From Aliivibrio fischeri ES114 (GTDB taxonomy: Bacteria; Pseudomonadota; Gammaproteobacteria; Enterobacterales; Vibrionaceae), in assembly GCF_000011805.1 (NCBI RefSeq), contig NC_006840.2: a stretch of DNA of 32,000 bases, one strand, 5' to 3'. Position numbers and translations under genes: made by a program. Below, in pieces: positions 30,455 to 32,000 of this stretch. Numbering within the stretch: position 1 is the stretch's first letter; every line of letters starts with the position of its first letter. The notes under the pieces were generated by a model that did no database searches, was not told the DNA's origin, and saw only the letters and a list, made by a program, of their open reading frames with translations.

Positions 30455-31276
30455 TTATTTACATGTAAGAATGTTATTCCACGGTAAATTTTCGTCACCG
30501 AGAACAATAAAATTCGGGTTTTCTAATGACTCTCGTTCATTATAAGAAAGCGGTTCAAGCTCTGTCGATAAGATGCGACCTCCCGCTTCTTGAACAATAC
30601 ACTGGGTTGCAGCCGTATCCCATTCGCCAGTTGGTCCTAATCGTAAATAACAATCCACAGCACCTTCTGCGACCAAACAGGCTTTAAGTGCAGCTGACCC
30701 TAATGGAACCAAATCGTAATTCCAATCAGAACTCATACAACGTGTTATGTTATTGATATCTTGGCGTCGACTGATCGCTATCGCAATTGGCTGTTTTTCA
30801 TCTTCATGCTTTAACGTGCTAATACGAACACTTTCATCCATATCAGGAATTTTCCACGCACCTTTCCCTTCATAGGCGTAGTACGTCACACCAGAAACTG
30901 GGCCATATACAACCCCCATTACTGGACGGTTATTTTCAACTAAAGCAATAATCGTAGCAAAATCACCACTGCGAGCGATGAACTCTTGCGTACCATCAAG
31001 AGGGTCAACCAACCCATAACGCTCCCATTGAGCACGTTGCTCTAAAGATATCCCTGCATCTTCTTCAGAAAGAATAGGAATATCTGGTGTTAGTTGAGAA
31101 AGTTTTTCGATAATTAATTTATGAGCGGCGAGATCAGCACTGGTCACCGGAGTTTCATCTGACTTAATGAACTCTTCGAAATCTCCTTTCTCGTATATAT
31201 CGAGAATGAGTTGACCCGATGCACGTGCAATATTGATCACCTCAGGGATAAGGTGAGAAAGTGTAGAATCCATCAA
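30455..31276 (-). CDS. cysQ: 3'(2'),5'-bisphosphate nucleotidase
   Basis: PILSEEDAG, VDPLDGTQEFIARSGDFA and WDTAATQCIVQEAGG motifs. Confidence 0.94.
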   Translation of the reverse strand: MMDSTLSHLIPEVINIARASGQLILDIYEKGDFEEFIKSDETPVTSADLAAHKLIIEKLSQLTPDIPILSEEDAGISLEQRAQWERYGLVDPLDGTQEFIARSGDFATIIALVENNRPVMGVVYGPVSGVTYYAYEGKGAWKIPDMDESVRISTLKHEDEKQPIAIAISRRQDINNITRCMSSDWNYDLVPLGSAALKACLVAEGAVDCYLRLGPTGEWDTAATQCIVQEAGGRILSTELEPLSYNERESLENPNFIVLGDENLPWNNILTCK

Positions 31277-31278
31277 TA

Positions 31279-31830
31279 TTACTCCTTAGCTAAAAATTGT
31301 TGAGCAAGTAATAGTGCGGTAATGCATCTTGCCTCTGAAAAATCGAGATGATGTAATAACTCTGATGCCTGAGCTAAAGGCCAACGAACCACATCTAAAG
31401 GTTCAGGCTCATCACCTTCTAATCGCTCTGGATATAAATCTTGAGCCAGAATTAATGTCATTTTGCTTGAGAAATAGGAAGGCGCTAATACGATTTCTTT
31501 TAATGGCGTCAGTGTTTTTGCACCAAAACCAATTTCTTCTTTTAGTTCTCGATTTGCCGCTTCTAACGGGGTCTCTCCTAGATCAATCAATCCTTTTGGA
31601 AAACCAAGCTCGTAACTTTCGGTTCCAACAGCATATTCACGAACCAAAAGTAAATCGCCCTGCTCTGTTACAGGAACCATCATGACAGCATGACGACCGC
31701 TTGGTTTCATTCGTTCGTAGGTACGTTCTACACCATTAGAAAAGCGCAAATCAACCGATTCAATGCAGAATAGGTTGGATTTGGCTTCAACGCGTGTATC
31801 CAAAATCGTTGGCAACTGTTTTTTAGCCAT
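31279..31830 (-). CDS. nudE: ADP compounds hydrolase NudE
   Basis: Nudix motif GLIDLGETPLEAANRELKEEIGF. Confidence 0.93.
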   Translation of the reverse strand: MAKKQLPTILDTRVEAKSNLFCIESVDLRFSNGVERTYERMKPSGRHAVMMVPVTEQGDLLLVREYAVGTESYELGFPKGLIDLGETPLEAANRELKEEIGFGAKTLTPLKEIVLAPSYFSSKMTLILAQDLYPERLEGDEPEPLDVVRWPLAQASELLHHLDFSEARCITALLLAQQFLAKE

Positions 31831-31840
31831 CGTTTTTCCT

Positions 31841-32000
31841 TTATAGACGTCCTGAGTATGTCACTCTATATTGCCCTTTTGAATCAGGCTTGCCTACCCA
31901 TTTCAACTGACTTCTTAAACTTGAAGGGAAATTAGCTTCAGGTTTAAACCAACCACTTACTTGATAAGAGCGATTTGGATTAAGGGTAACATCAAATTGG
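31841..32000 (-). CDS. gspN: type II secretion system protein N, C-terminal fragment (partial)
   Basis: Reverse strand translates ...QFDVTLNPNRSYQVSGWFKPEANFPSSLRSQLKWVGKPDSKGQYRVTYSGRL*. The ORF track omits it because it is truncated. Next to nudE-cysQ as in Vibrio. Confidence 0.65.
   Translation of the reverse strand, partial: QFDVTLNPNRSYQVSGWFKPEANFPSSLRSQLKWVGKPDSKGQYRVTYSGRL

Noticed and set aside
31329-31685. + strand 118-aa ORF
   Set aside because: Antisense to nudE, whose Nudix motif is intact.

Overview
The window looks like an ordinary, housekeeping-rich stretch of a Vibrionaceae main chromosome (Aliivibrio-like by gene order and composition; this is inference). It holds a complete 16S rRNA on the - strand with its leader, P1/P2-type promoters and pre-16S processing stem. 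These are followed by a frameshifted RRM-protein gene, murI, a Dph6-like ATP-PPase, btuB with a cobalamin riboswitch, trmA, yijD, fabR, sthA, a DinF-type MATE transporter, a Fur-box-preceded LCM-family methyltransferase, lexA, plsB, ubiA, ubiC, an orphan FliL-like gene, glpG, glpE, rpoH, ftsX/E/Y, rsmD, a DUF1145 gene, a marC-family gene, a yecH-like gene, a HEPN-like/DUF4145-like gene, a DUF2500 gene, recG, nfuA, cysQ, nudE and the C-terminus of gspN. I see no CRISPR array, prophage, transposon or clear multi-gene defence system. The items most worth a second look are: (1) an unannotated 26-codon hydrophobic small-protein gene at 26418-26498 with its own promoter-like motif, RBS and terminator; (2) a DnaA-box/IHF/GATC cluster between rpoH and glpE; (3) a Fur-box-controlled methyltransferase between lexA and dinF; (4) a one-base deletion in the RNP1 motif of a membrane-anchored RRM protein; (5) a Dph6-like ATP-PPase next to riboswitch-controlled btuB; (6) a small membrane protein with a HEPN-type RX4H motif.
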